Shown here: piece after piece, positions 54,238 to 62,864 of the stretch | How the letters are laid out: each line of letters starts with the position of its first letter | Numbering within the stretch: the first letter of the stretch is position 1 | DNA from: Candidatus Pacearchaeota archaeon | GTDB lineage: Archaea > Nanobdellota > Nanobdellia > Pacearchaeales > GW2011-AR1 | DNA length: 64,000 nucleotides | Direction: 5' to 3' | Assembly (NCBI GenBank): GCA_040879785.1 | Contig: JBBDJR010000006.1 | Location: forward strand, 192,410-256,409 | The notes under the pieces: generated by a model | Database searches by the model: none | What the model saw: the letters and a program-made list of their open reading frames with translations, nothing else | Told to the model about the DNA's origin: nothing | Position numbers and translations under genes: made by a program

Positions 54238-54666
54238 TTAATCCGTAATTTTGATAGTTCCTTTAAGCCCCGGATTTCTATGGTCATGATATTCCCATGT
54301 TCCTAATCTCTCAAAAGTAAAACTCCAACTTTCCCCTGGAGAGATTCCTTTTCTTGAATCAAATTGAGGATAAATGTCATGAACAGGGTGGGCGTCAGAT
54401 GCAGGCCAATGAGACCTTGTTCCTACATTAACGAAAGTAACACTATCCCCTTGAGAGATTGTAATCTCCGATGGAGAAAAACTATCAGAGCTCATCTCAA
54501 TAACCACTCCTTCCGTTTCTTCAGGATTTTGAATTGCTTCTTGTCCAATATTTTCAACAGTCTCTCCCGTCGCGTTTTCTCCAGGACCTAAAAACAACGT
54601 TAATGAAATTCCTGCAATTATAATCAGTCCTATTACAATTCCCACAATCATCTTTGAATTGACCAT
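54238..54666 (-). CDS. Secreted/anchored cupredoxin-like domain protein
   Basis: N-terminal TM helix. ITISQGDSVTFVNVGTRSHWPASDAHPVH...WEYHDHRNPGLKGTIKI resembles a cupredoxin-like fold. Confidence 0.4.
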   Translation of the reverse strand: MVNSKMIVGIVIGLIIIAGISLTLFLGPGENATGETVENIGQEAIQNPEETEGVVIEMSSDSFSPSEITISQGDSVTFVNVGTRSHWPASDAHPVHDIYPQFDSRKGISPGESWSFTFERLGTWEYHDHRNPGLKGTIKITD

Positions 54667-54739
54667 TATCTAAAGAAATAATCCTTATATTTAAATTTAA
54701 CCAAATCCTTATAAACAAGAGTTCGTATAATCTTCTAGA

Positions 54740-55387
54740 ATGGAACAAGAAATAAAAGCGGTGATTTTTGATATGAACGGCGTTCTTTCATTGGATGTTG
54801 AGCTTAAGCCAGGATCCAGCCTTTCAAAAAGTTTTCATAACCTCATGGCGAAAAGCCTTAAGATTGACTTGGATAAATGGGTAGATTCAATCGATAGAGT
54901 TTATGAAAGGAGTATTGAGGGGAAGGTTTCCGAGAAAAAAACTCTGAACACCATAGCAAAAAATCTTGGCATGGAACCCAAAAAAATAGAAAGAATAATC
55001 GTTAAAAATTACAAAAAGACTTTTAAGAATAACAAGGAGCTTTACACTTATGCATTCAAACTTAAAAAAAGAGGATATAAGATTGCAATACTCTCCGACC
55101 AATGGCATTTTTCCAAAAAAGCTTTACTCGATAAAAAGAAAGCAGATAAATTTGATGCTGTGATTGTTTCTTGTGATGTGGGAATAAGAAAACCAGATCC
55201 AAAAATATACAATCTCGCTTTAAAAAAACTAAAAGTTAAACCTTCAGAGGCAGTTTTTATTGACAACAGGGACTGGAATACAAAACCTGCAGAAAAGCTC
55301 GGGATAAAAACAATTTTGTTTAAAAACAATGAACAGACTTTTAGGGAACTTGAGAAAATCCTCAAAGATTCTCGAAACATAAAATGA
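54740..55387 (+). CDS. HAD-superfamily hydrolase
   Basis: Motif I is VIFDMNGVL, motif II is AILSDQ, and motifs III/IV are IRKPDP and FIDNRD. Confidence 0.7.
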   Translation: MEQEIKAVIFDMNGVLSLDVELKPGSSLSKSFHNLMAKSLKIDLDKWVDSIDRVYERSIEGKVSEKKTLNTIAKNLGMEPKKIERIIVKNYKKTFKNNKELYTYAFKLKKRGYKIAILSDQWHFSKKALLDKKKADKFDAVIVSCDVGIRKPDPKIYNLALKKLKVKPSEAVFIDNRDWNTKPAEKLGIKTILFKNNEQTFRELEKILKDSRNIK

Positions 55388-55710
55388 CTAGAATGTGGAA
55401 CCTTCCTCCAGAAATATTGTGTAACCAGCACCTGCTAGGAGAACATAAAGAACTCCATCAGGCAGTAGGAAGCATGAACAAAGGAAAAAGCCTTAAAGGA
55501 CATATAGAGATGGGCCAGATAGAGATTCATAACATAAAGAAGAGACACGACGAACTAGTTACTGAAATGATAAAAAGAGGATTCGTTCATATGTCGCCCT
55601 TACCTAAATTTAAATCGTTTAATGCAGGATATATTGACAAGGATTTTAATAAAAGAGATTTAATCTCAAGGTGTAATCAGTGTAAGAAGAGGTTTGAAAA
55701 TGGAATCTAA
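55384..55710 (+). CDS. T4 endonuclease V (DenV)-like pyrimidine dimer DNA glycosylase
   Basis: MTRMWNLPPEILCNQHLLGEHKELH parallels the N-terminus of T4 endoV (MTRINL...DQHL.AEYREL). There is a 4-nt overlap with the HAD gene. Confidence 0.65.
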   Translation: MTRMWNLPPEILCNQHLLGEHKELHQAVGSMNKGKSLKGHIEMGQIEIHNIKKRHDELVTEMIKRGFVHMSPLPKFKSFNAGYIDKDFNKRDLISRCNQCKKRFENGI

Positions 55711-56527
55711 AAAATTTCTCGAAAAAGTTGAAACAGATATAAAAATCTCAAGAGCCTCAGAACATACCTTAAAAAATTACATTAGGGCAAACAAAGAGTT
55801 GCTTGATTTTACCCGGAAAAATCCTGAAGAAGTCGATGAAGACGATGTAAAAAGGTTCATGGCAGAAAAACTCTCTGACAAAGCATCGTCCTCAGTCACT
55901 CTTTTCCTTTCTGCAATAAGATATGCATTTTCAAATGTTCTTAAAAAAGACCCTACACTCGGAATTAAAAGACCAAGAAAGGAAAAAAGAATCCCGTCCG
56001 TCTTAACAAGAGCAGAGGTAAAAACTCTTTTGAATTCTATAGACAATAAAAAATCTAAACTTATGATTTCCATGATATATGCTTGTGGGTTCAGAGTTTC
56101 AGAACTTGTGAGTCTTAAAATAAATGATCTAGACATAAAAGAAAAAACAGGAAGAGTTGTCCAGGCAAAAGGAAAAAAGGACAGGTTATTCAACATTCCC
56201 TCAAATCTTAAGAAAGCACTTGTAAAACATATCGAGGAACAAAAACAAAAAGAACAAGAGTATCTGTTCTCTGGACTGAGAGGAAGAATGACTGAAAGAA
56301 ATATACAAAAAATCCTGAAGAAATATGTAGGTAAGGTCGGAATAAAAAAAGATGTTCATCCCCACACATTAAGGCACAGTTTTGCGACACATCTTTTAGA
56401 GAAAGGAGTTGATATAAGAAAAATCCAGGAATTGCTTGGACATGCCGATCTCTCAACGACCCAAATTTATACCCACATCTCAAGTGAAGAATTGAAGAAA
56501 ATAAAATCTCCTTTGGATGGACTTTAA
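55700..56527 (+). CDS. xerA: XerA-type tyrosine recombinase
   Basis: First ATG is at 55700 (the track start is TTG). The catalytic region is HPHTLRHSFATHLLEKGVDIRKIQELLGHADLSTTQIYTHI, and an ACGFRVSEL box is present. Confidence 0.85.
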   Translation: MESKKFLEKVETDIKISRASEHTLKNYIRANKELLDFTRKNPEEVDEDDVKRFMAEKLSDKASSSVTLFLSAIRYAFSNVLKKDPTLGIKRPRKEKRIPSVLTRAEVKTLLNSIDNKKSKLMISMIYACGFRVSELVSLKINDLDIKEKTGRVVQAKGKKDRLFNIPSNLKKALVKHIEEQKQKEQEYLFSGLRGRMTERNIQKILKKYVGKVGIKKDVHPHTLRHSFATHLLEKGVDIRKIQELLGHADLSTTQIYTHISSEELKKIKSPLDGL

Positions 56528-56824
56528 ATGAAAGAATGTTTTAATGAACGCTGTTACATTTTCCTTAAGAAAGTCCCAAAAGGAAAAGTCACAACATATA
56601 AAGAAATTGCGAAGTCCCTCCAACCAAAAGCATATCGCGCGGTTGGAAATGCAATGAATAAAAATCCTCACAAAGATGTCCCATGCCACAGGGTTGTGAA
56701 ATCAGACGGAGACGTTGGAGGATTTGCAAAAGGGACAAAAGAAAAAATAAAATTACTTAGGCAGGAAGGAATAGAGATTAAAAAAGAAAAGGTAAATCTT
56801 ATTAAACACCTTTACAAATATTAG
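56528..56824 (+). CDS. ogt: O6-alkylguanine-DNA alkyltransferase, C-terminal (DNA-binding/active-site) domain only
   Basis: The active site is VPCHRVV, preceded by TTYKEIAKSL...RAVGNAMNKNP. The ATG directly follows the xerA stop. Confidence 0.8.
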   Translation: MKECFNERCYIFLKKVPKGKVTTYKEIAKSLQPKAYRAVGNAMNKNPHKDVPCHRVVKSDGDVGGFAKGTKEKIKLLRQEGIEIKKEKVNLIKHLYKY

Positions 56825-56831
56825 TATTAAG

Positions 56832-57035
56832 ATGAAAAAGAAAAAGAAAAACAAAAAACTATCCAAAAGAAAAAAACAGGTTCCTGAAAACCAGAAACCA
56901 AATTACCGTGTCGTGGTTTATTCAATAATCGCTCTGGGATTTATTGCCTTGTCTTTCACTGTTAACTGGCTTTACATAATTCCTGCAGTCATTTTAATGA
57001 TTCTTAATCAAAGAGAACTAATCAAGAAAAGATAG
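56832..57035 (+). CDS. Small polybasic single-TM protein
   Basis: 67 aa. A K-rich N-terminus is followed by a hydrophobic helix. Confidence 0.3.
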   Translation: MKKKKKNKKLSKRKKQVPENQKPNYRVVVYSIIALGFIALSFTVNWLYIIPAVILMILNQRELIKKR

Positions 57036-57041
57036 ACATTT

Positions 57042-58697
57042 CTATTTTTTCCTTAGTTTTTTACCGCTCTTTTTTCTGCTCTGATTTAAAACACTAAAGC
57101 CTTCACGAGCCACAAAAATACCCAGAACAAACATCAATACAGAGATTATTGTAAGAGAGTAATTCCCTTCACTTATATATCCTCCTGGGAAGAACGTCAG
57201 GTAAACCAGTGCAGACAGGGTTGTGATAAGCACAAATATCGCAGGAATTACTATGAATTTGACCTTAGTCGTTTTTTTAGAAATAAAGAATGCAGAAACA
57301 CCTATCATTGTTATTGAGGCGATAAGCTGATTGCTCGTTCCGAAAAGCCTCCAAAGGGTTTCGTAAGAATTTGTAACTGCAAGAAGCCAGGCAGGAACAA
57401 GAGTAATCATCGTTATAAGAACTTTGTTTTTGAGTTTTGGGAAAAGGTTTTCTGATATGATAAATCTTCCAAGTCTTGTTGATGTATCTACAGATGTAAG
57501 TATAAACTGATTCACCATGAAAGCTCCGAGAAGAGCTGCAATACTGACACTTAAAACCGGAACTATGTTTCCTACAATATTTCCAAATCCGGTAGAGAAC
57601 AGGACAATCCATCCCTGGTCAAGAGTTCCCTGGAAACTTCCAGCCCCAGAACCCCAACTTAGTCCGGCTATCGCAACAATCGTTACGAGTATAGCAAGAA
57701 GCCCTTCAAGAATCATACTTCCATATCCAACCGCTCTTCCGTGACTTTCCTTGGATAACTGTTTGCTTGTCGTTCCCGAGGAAACAAGCCCGTGGAATCC
57801 TGAGATGGCTCCGCACGCAACTGTAATGAACAGTATCGGCCAGAGAGGGAACGCACTTCCAGAAACATAAACAGGTGCATTAATCACCGGTCTTGCAATA
57901 AGAACTGCAAGGAATCCTAAACCAAGAATAAGAGTCATTTGTATCGCACTCAAATAATCTCTCGGCCTTAGAAGAATCCAGACCGGAATTATTGAGGCAA
58001 GGAACGCATATCCAAAGATGATTGTTACCCACGTATTTCTCAACAACATTGGATTTTCTATTGGAAGTGTTAAAGGGAACATGTTTCCTATCCAGACAAA
58101 AAAGAAAATAAGGATTATTGCAACAACACTAGAGATTTTATAATTCCAATCATATTTTCTCACCCCGAATCCAAGAGCCACTGCAATTAGTGTTATGGCA
58201 AGAAGAGGTATCACTAGGTCGGGTTTTTCAATGATGCTTTCTGCAGCAGACACGCTAAATACAGTTATGATAAGAATTAATGTAAGCAATATCATCACCC
58301 CAAAAATCCAGCCTGCCTTTGAACTAAGATATTTTTTTGTTATAACCGAAACACTTTTTCCCTTGTTTCTCACAGAGGCCATCAACGCAGTGTAGTCGTG
58401 CATCGCTCCAATTAAAACAGCACCAAGTAAAACCCATAAAACAACAGGGCCCCATCCAAAATAAGAAACTGCGAGGATTGGCCCGATTATCGGTCCTGCC
58501 CCTGCGATAGACGCGAAATGATGTCCAACGAGGAAGGGTTTTGTCGATGGAGAATAATCAATATCTTCTTTTTGTGTTGTGGCAGGCGTTTTATTTTTAT
58601 CACTAATCTTTAGCCTTTTTTCAATAAATCTCCCGTAGAAACGGTATCCTATAAAAAACCACACAAATGCAATAACTAAAATCCAGACAGCGTTCAT
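57042..58697 (-). CDS. cstA: Carbon starvation protein CstA-family transporter
   Basis: VGHHFASIAGAGPIIGPILA and SGFHGLVSSGTTSKQL are typical CstA blocks. 551 aa, polytopic. Confidence 0.85.
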   Translation of the reverse strand: MNAVWILVIAFVWFFIGYRFYGRFIEKRLKISDKNKTPATTQKEDIDYSPSTKPFLVGHHFASIAGAGPIIGPILAVSYFGWGPVVLWVLLGAVLIGAMHDYTALMASVRNKGKSVSVITKKYLSSKAGWIFGVMILLTLILIITVFSVSAAESIIEKPDLVIPLLAITLIAVALGFGVRKYDWNYKISSVVAIILIFFFVWIGNMFPLTLPIENPMLLRNTWVTIIFGYAFLASIIPVWILLRPRDYLSAIQMTLILGLGFLAVLIARPVINAPVYVSGSAFPLWPILFITVACGAISGFHGLVSSGTTSKQLSKESHGRAVGYGSMILEGLLAILVTIVAIAGLSWGSGAGSFQGTLDQGWIVLFSTGFGNIVGNIVPVLSVSIAALLGAFMVNQFILTSVDTSTRLGRFIISENLFPKLKNKVLITMITLVPAWLLAVTNSYETLWRLFGTSNQLIASITMIGVSAFFISKKTTKVKFIVIPAIFVLITTLSALVYLTFFPGGYISEGNYSLTIISVLMFVLGIFVAREGFSVLNQSRKKSGKKLRKK

Positions 58698-58769
58698 TTA
58701 ATCCCTCTTTATTTTTTAACTAGAAAACCGCTGTATAAAAACTTTCTTGATTTTTGTTTAGGAATCAAT

Positions 58770-59927
58770 CTACTTAAAGAAGACTTCCCTCGATTCTTTT
58801 AAACTCTTTTCAACCAGCCCTTGAATATCAATTCTCTTTACCTCTCTTTCAAAATCTTTCATTTTTGTTTTTGTTGAAGGTTTCTTCGAGAGAATACTAC
58901 AACAATCTTTATACTTCTGTATGCTTATATCATACATTCCAATATTCTTTGAGAGTGAAATTATTTCCTGTTTGTCATAAGTAATTAAAGGCCTAAGAAT
59001 AGGAACGCTAATTTCGTGTGATGAAGCTCTTAGATTTTCTATTGTCTGACTCGCAACCTGGGCAAGATTATCTCCTGTTACAATCGCATCATACTTTTTT
59101 TCCAAAGCAATTTTCTCAGCGACTTTCATAATATAATGTTTGAATACAACCAAATCAAGACCCTGCATAACCTTGCCTTGGCTTTCAATTTCATAAAGAT
59201 GATAGGGGATGAAATACACTTTGGACTTTACCTGATATGAATTTATTGTTTCTATAACATTTTTCATCTTTGTTTTCAAAACTTCCTTTTCATTTTTATT
59301 AGCATAGAAGTGTAAAAAATCTACTCTACATCCTCTCTTCATCGCAAGCCACGCTGCTACTGGAGAATCAATTCCTCCCGAGAGAAGAACAAGAACCCTT
59401 CCAGAAGTTCCCACAGGCAAACCTCCGTTTCCTTCAACTTTTTCGGTATACATAAAAACTCTCGTCCCTATTTCTATGAAGAGAATATTATCTGATTTGT
59501 AATTTACTTTCATTCCAAGGCTTGTCGCAATATCCCCCAATTCCTTATTTATTTCAAGAGAATTCATTGAAAACTTCTTATCTCCTCTTTTTGTTTTAAA
59601 CGCAATCTCTTTTTCTTCCATTCCTAAGAGAATCCTTTTTGCCTCTTTCCTAATACTTTCAATATCTTTTTTTGATTCAGAAACAAATGCAAAATACTTT
59701 ACTCCAAACACGCATTTAAGCGCACCCTTTATCTTTCTTCTGATTGAATCGCTATCTCTCCCGTCAAACTCACAAAAAATCTTTTTATCTTTTCTTTTAA
59801 TTTCTTTCAACGATAAGCCATCTTTCTTACAAATCTTTCTTACATTTTCCACTAACTTCTTTTCAAAATATGAAAAATTGCCTCCCTTTAACCCAATCTC
59901 TGCATGATGAACTAAAACTTTGACCAT
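58770..59927 (-). CDS. thiI: tRNA 4-thiouridine synthase ThiI (THUMP plus PP-loop ATPase)
   Basis: The PP-loop is LLSGGIDSPVAAW. There is an N-terminal ferredoxin-like/THUMP region. 385 aa. Confidence 0.85.
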   Translation of the reverse strand: MVKVLVHHAEIGLKGGNFSYFEKKLVENVRKICKKDGLSLKEIKRKDKKIFCEFDGRDSDSIRRKIKGALKCVFGVKYFAFVSESKKDIESIRKEAKRILLGMEEKEIAFKTKRGDKKFSMNSLEINKELGDIATSLGMKVNYKSDNILFIEIGTRVFMYTEKVEGNGGLPVGTSGRVLVLLSGGIDSPVAAWLAMKRGCRVDFLHFYANKNEKEVLKTKMKNVIETINSYQVKSKVYFIPYHLYEIESQGKVMQGLDLVVFKHYIMKVAEKIALEKKYDAIVTGDNLAQVASQTIENLRASSHEISVPILRPLITYDKQEIISLSKNIGMYDISIQKYKDCCSILSKKPSTKTKMKDFEREVKRIDIQGLVEKSLKESREVFFK

Positions 59928-59961
59928 GCTTTTGCGAGATTATTCCCCTATAAAAAACTAC

Positions 59962-60357
59962 TTATTCTTCTTTACTTTCTTCAGATTCTTTCTCTTCTTG
60001 TACTTCTTCAGGTTTTTCCTCGGAGTTGTTCTCTTCCTTTTTTTCAGGCTCTGCTTCTGGCTTCTCTTCTGCTTTCTGAGGAGATTCTTTTTTCTCCTCT
60101 TCTTCATTCTTTGGAGGCCTTGCTTCTTTTACAGACAGAGGTCTTCCTTCAACCTCTTTCTCGTTCATGCCTTCAATTGCCTTGTCCGCATCCGCGTCAT
60201 TCTTAAAAGTTACGAATCCGAAACCTCTGGAACGACCGGTGTACTTATTGGCAATAACAATTGCGTCTTCCATGTCTCCATAAGACGAGAAAAGCTCTTC
60301 AAGCTTGTCCTTGGTAACACTCCAAGGTAAATTTCCTACATAAATTCTTTTACTCAT
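59962..60357 (-). CDS. RRM (RNP-type) RNA-binding protein with an acidic E/K-rich tail
   Basis: RNP-2 is IYVGNL and RNP-1 is RGFGFVTF, within an approximately 80-aa RRM. Confidence 0.8.
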   Translation of the reverse strand: MSKRIYVGNLPWSVTKDKLEELFSSYGDMEDAIVIANKYTGRSRGFGFVTFKNDADADKAIEGMNEKEVEGRPLSVKEARPPKNEEEEKKESPQKAEEKPEAEPEKKEENNSEEKPEEVQEEKESEESKEE

Positions 60358-60425
60358 TTACCCCTCCGTTTCATTTATTTTCAGAACAAGACTAAGTCTG
60401 TCCATCTACAATTAGAAAAAACCCC

Positions 60426-60437
60426 AATTTTATAAAG
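60426..60437 (+). promoter_or_regulatory. TATA box of gene 60458..60979
   Basis: aattttataaag is centred about 27 nt upstream of the ATG. Confidence 0.5.
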
Positions 60438-60457
60438 TTTACTAAACTAAAGAATAT

Positions 60458-60979
60458 ATGAAATGTGAAAAGTGCGGTCATGAATCAGATTCAAATAAAG
60501 AGATTTTGGGTGTTTTTCTTTGCAATATTTGTTATAAGCTTTCTCCAAGTGATGAAAATTCATTCGAGGAATATCTAAAAGAGAAGGTTGAGGGAGTCCA
60601 TCTTGAAAGCTTTAGAAAGCATTTCAAACCAGGAGAAAGACAACTAAACGGAATGGTAAAGAAAGCGATTAAAGGAAGCATTATGTCAAGGGCTCCTTTC
60701 GGATATAGAATTGAAAAAGGGAAACTCGTGCCGGCAGAAAACTCAAAAGAGGTGGAAGAAATATTTGAGGAATTTCTGAATGAAAACCTAAGCCTTAGAA
60801 GAATTGCAGATAAACACAAACTTTCCGTTAACGGTCTAAAAAAGATTCTTAGGAATTTCGCATATATAGGAAAGATAAAATTCAACAATCAGGTTTTTGA
60901 AGGAACCCACGAGCCAATAATCTCTTCAACTCTTTTTAATCATGTTCAGAACAAGCTTGAGAGGATTGGCGTTAAATAA
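60458..60979 (+). CDS. Zinc-ribbon protein carrying only the 'recombinase domain' of large serine recombinases (no resolvase catalytic domain)
   Basis: N-terminus has CEKCGH...CNICY. APFGYRIEKGKLVPAENSKEVEEIFEEFLNENLSLRRIADKHKLSVNGLKKILRNFAYIGK matches the recombinase-domain pattern. Confidence 0.55.
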   Translation: MKCEKCGHESDSNKEILGVFLCNICYKLSPSDENSFEEYLKEKVEGVHLESFRKHFKPGERQLNGMVKKAIKGSIMSRAPFGYRIEKGKLVPAENSKEVEEIFEEFLNENLSLRRIADKHKLSVNGLKKILRNFAYIGKIKFNNQVFEGTHEPIISSTLFNHVQNKLERIGVK

Positions 60980-61029
60980 ATACTTTCCACAACACAATTC
61001 TTTATAACTGATTTTTTATTATATAACCT

Positions 61030-61560
61030 ATGCTGAAAAAAGAGGTGCTCTACATTGGTATGGATGAGTCAAACCATGGAGAAACAAAACCCAGGATAGG
61101 AGAAATAATTGTTGCATCTTATTCTTACGATAGTTTTTTCTGGGAAGAAAAGAAACACCCTAACCGGAGAAATTACGCAAGAGTCGTTGAATGCATGGAA
61201 AATGATTTCAATTATGTTTTTACGATTGTTCCTCACGGAATGGCAAAGATAAATTATTCAAATCTCTCCAATGTAGCTCCTTTTTTAATAAAAGAGATAA
61301 TATCTGATAAAGATAAACCGGATAAAGTAAAGTTGGGTCTTGATGGAGAACTAAAAAGAAAGGATAGAAGAGGATTCCTTGAGAAGATTGCAGAACAAGA
61401 CCTTGATGTTACTCTAAAAAACTTTGTTAAAAGAAAAGGAGTTCACCAGTGTCCGGAACTAATCTATTTATCTCACCAAATTGCAAATAACCTACTTAAT
61501 AAATCACCACTGGTTGAAATTGCAAGAAATCTCCATTATATTCCTTTAAACTTTGATTAA
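61030..61560 (+). CDS. Hypothetical protein with an N-terminal GMDESNHGE motif (possible RNase H-like/DUF3800-like fold)
   Basis: 176-aa ORF with TATA upstream. The resemblance to GIDEAGRG-type motifs is weak. Confidence 0.35.
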   Translation: MLKKEVLYIGMDESNHGETKPRIGEIIVASYSYDSFFWEEKKHPNRRNYARVVECMENDFNYVFTIVPHGMAKINYSNLSNVAPFLIKEIISDKDKPDKVKLGLDGELKRKDRRGFLEKIAEQDLDVTLKNFVKRKGVHQCPELIYLSHQIANNLLNKSPLVEIARNLHYIPLNFD

Positions 61561-61983
61561 CTACCTCTTAGAACTCTGTCTCTTACTTCTTGCCTTGCTG
61601 TCTCCGGGTTTGTATCCTTCTTTTCTCCTAACATCGGCAACAAGAAGATTTCTATCATAACCAGTGAATGATTTTTCAATATCTTTGTTTTTTGTGAACG
61701 CGATTATTGCTCTTGCAAGTGAAAGTCTTGCAGCCTCAATCTGGCTTACCGAGCCCCCTCCTTTAACGCTAATAGAAATGTCAAAATCAAAATTATCTTT
61801 TCCAAGAACGTCTTTTGAAATTCTTAAAGGCTCTTCAATCTTTAGCTTCTCTAAAAATTTAAGATTTTCATAATTCTTTTTGTTTATTGTTATTATCCCT
61901 GTACCTTTTTTAGCTACCGCTCTTGCGACGGCCCTTTTTCTTTTTCCTGAAGTAACTATTCTATCCATTTTATTTTTATTCAA
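61561..61983 (-). CDS. rps9: Ribosomal protein uS9
   Basis: GGGSVSQIEAARLSLARAI is present, and the C-terminus is basic, ending in KR. Confidence 0.9.
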   Translation of the reverse strand: MNKNKMDRIVTSGKRKRAVARAVAKKGTGIITINKKNYENLKFLEKLKIEEPLRISKDVLGKDNFDFDISISVKGGGSVSQIEAARLSLARAIIAFTKNKDIEKSFTGYDRNLLVADVRRKEGYKPGDSKARSKRQSSKR

Positions 61984-62384
61984 TTTCTAAGTTTACCCGA
62001 AATTTCTTTAACCTGAACAAACCGGGATTTAACTCCTTTTCCAGCAACAATCTTCTTTTTGTCTTCAAATTCCTTAGGAATTCCAGAGTAACATTTTATT
62101 TTTTTGAATGCAATTTTTCCCCTTCCTGATCTATGGTCTGGCAACATGCCTCTAATAGCTCTCTTAACTATTAAATGAGAAAGTCTTGAATGTTTCGGAC
62201 CCTTCTGCCCCGAACCGACTCTCTGCCTTCTTTTACACCATTTATCTTCTATATCTTTTCTTCTTCCGGTTACTATAACACTGTCACAATTGAGGACAAC
62301 TATTTCCTCTCCCTTTAGAGATTCCTTAGCCACATAACTTGCAAGTCTCCCCAAAACAGCGTTCTTTCCATCAATTATCTTCAT
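61980..62384 (-). CDS. rpl13: Ribosomal protein uL13
   Basis: IIDGKNAVLGRLASYVAKESLKGEEIVVLNCDSVIVTG is present. There is a 4-nt overlap with uS9. Confidence 0.9.
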   Translation of the reverse strand: MKIIDGKNAVLGRLASYVAKESLKGEEIVVLNCDSVIVTGRRKDIEDKWCKRRQRVGSGQKGPKHSRLSHLIVKRAIRGMLPDHRSGRGKIAFKKIKCYSGIPKEFEDKKKIVAGKGVKSRFVQVKEISGKLRN

Positions 62385-62785
62385 TTTTTGTTTGTTATAA
62401 TCTTTATTTTTTTACCTTCAGGATTTTTCCGGATTTCTTCAAGTATTGTTGAATGAGTAATTTTAGACTTTAATAGTTTCTCCCTTGCCCCTCTCGAGAA
62501 ATTTAATGCCGCAATTTTTACCTTTTTATTTGGGTCTCCCTGAGAAAGAATTTTTCCCGGAACAACAACAGTCTCCCCCTCTTCAGATATAGATTCTAGG
62601 TCATTTAAGTTAACATTAATCCTTTTCTTCCTTGGCCCTGAAAGTAATTCGGCAACCCTCTGCCACCCTTTATTTTTTTGTGCCGCAATTATTGTTTCAA
62701 CTAACTGAGGATCTGTTTTTCTTTTTATCTGATTATTTATTTTCGCTTTAGTTTTCATTTTTTTATTATTTGAATCAATTAACAT
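62381..62785 (-). CDS. rpl18e: Ribosomal protein eL18 (L18e)
   Basis: The pattern TDPQLVETI...LSGPRKKRINVNL...VVVPGKILSQG fits, as does operon order with uL13 and uS9. Confidence 0.8.
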   Translation of the reverse strand: MLIDSNNKKMKTKAKINNQIKRKTDPQLVETIIAAQKNKGWQRVAELLSGPRKKRINVNLNDLESISEEGETVVVPGKILSQGDPNKKVKIAALNFSRGAREKLLKSKITHSTILEEIRKNPEGKKIKIITNKK

Positions 62786-62864
62786 TAACAGAACTAAAAA
62801 GTCCCGCTAACGCCGAGTTCTCAACTCGCAGGTGTAAATGTCCACAATTTACAGTATTTAAAAC

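Noticed and set aside
55700-56527. XerA as an integron-type integrase associated with the cassette-like repeats
   Set aside because: It lies 8 kb away from the repeats, has ordinary Xer length without an obvious IntI-specific insertion, and is embedded in a repair operon. Nothing in the sequence links it to the 19-bp or 25-bp repeats.
59920-60330. 136-aa plus-strand Phe/Leu/Arg-rich ORF
   Set aside because: It is antisense to the RRM protein gene, whose RNP-1 and RNP-2 motifs are unambiguous.
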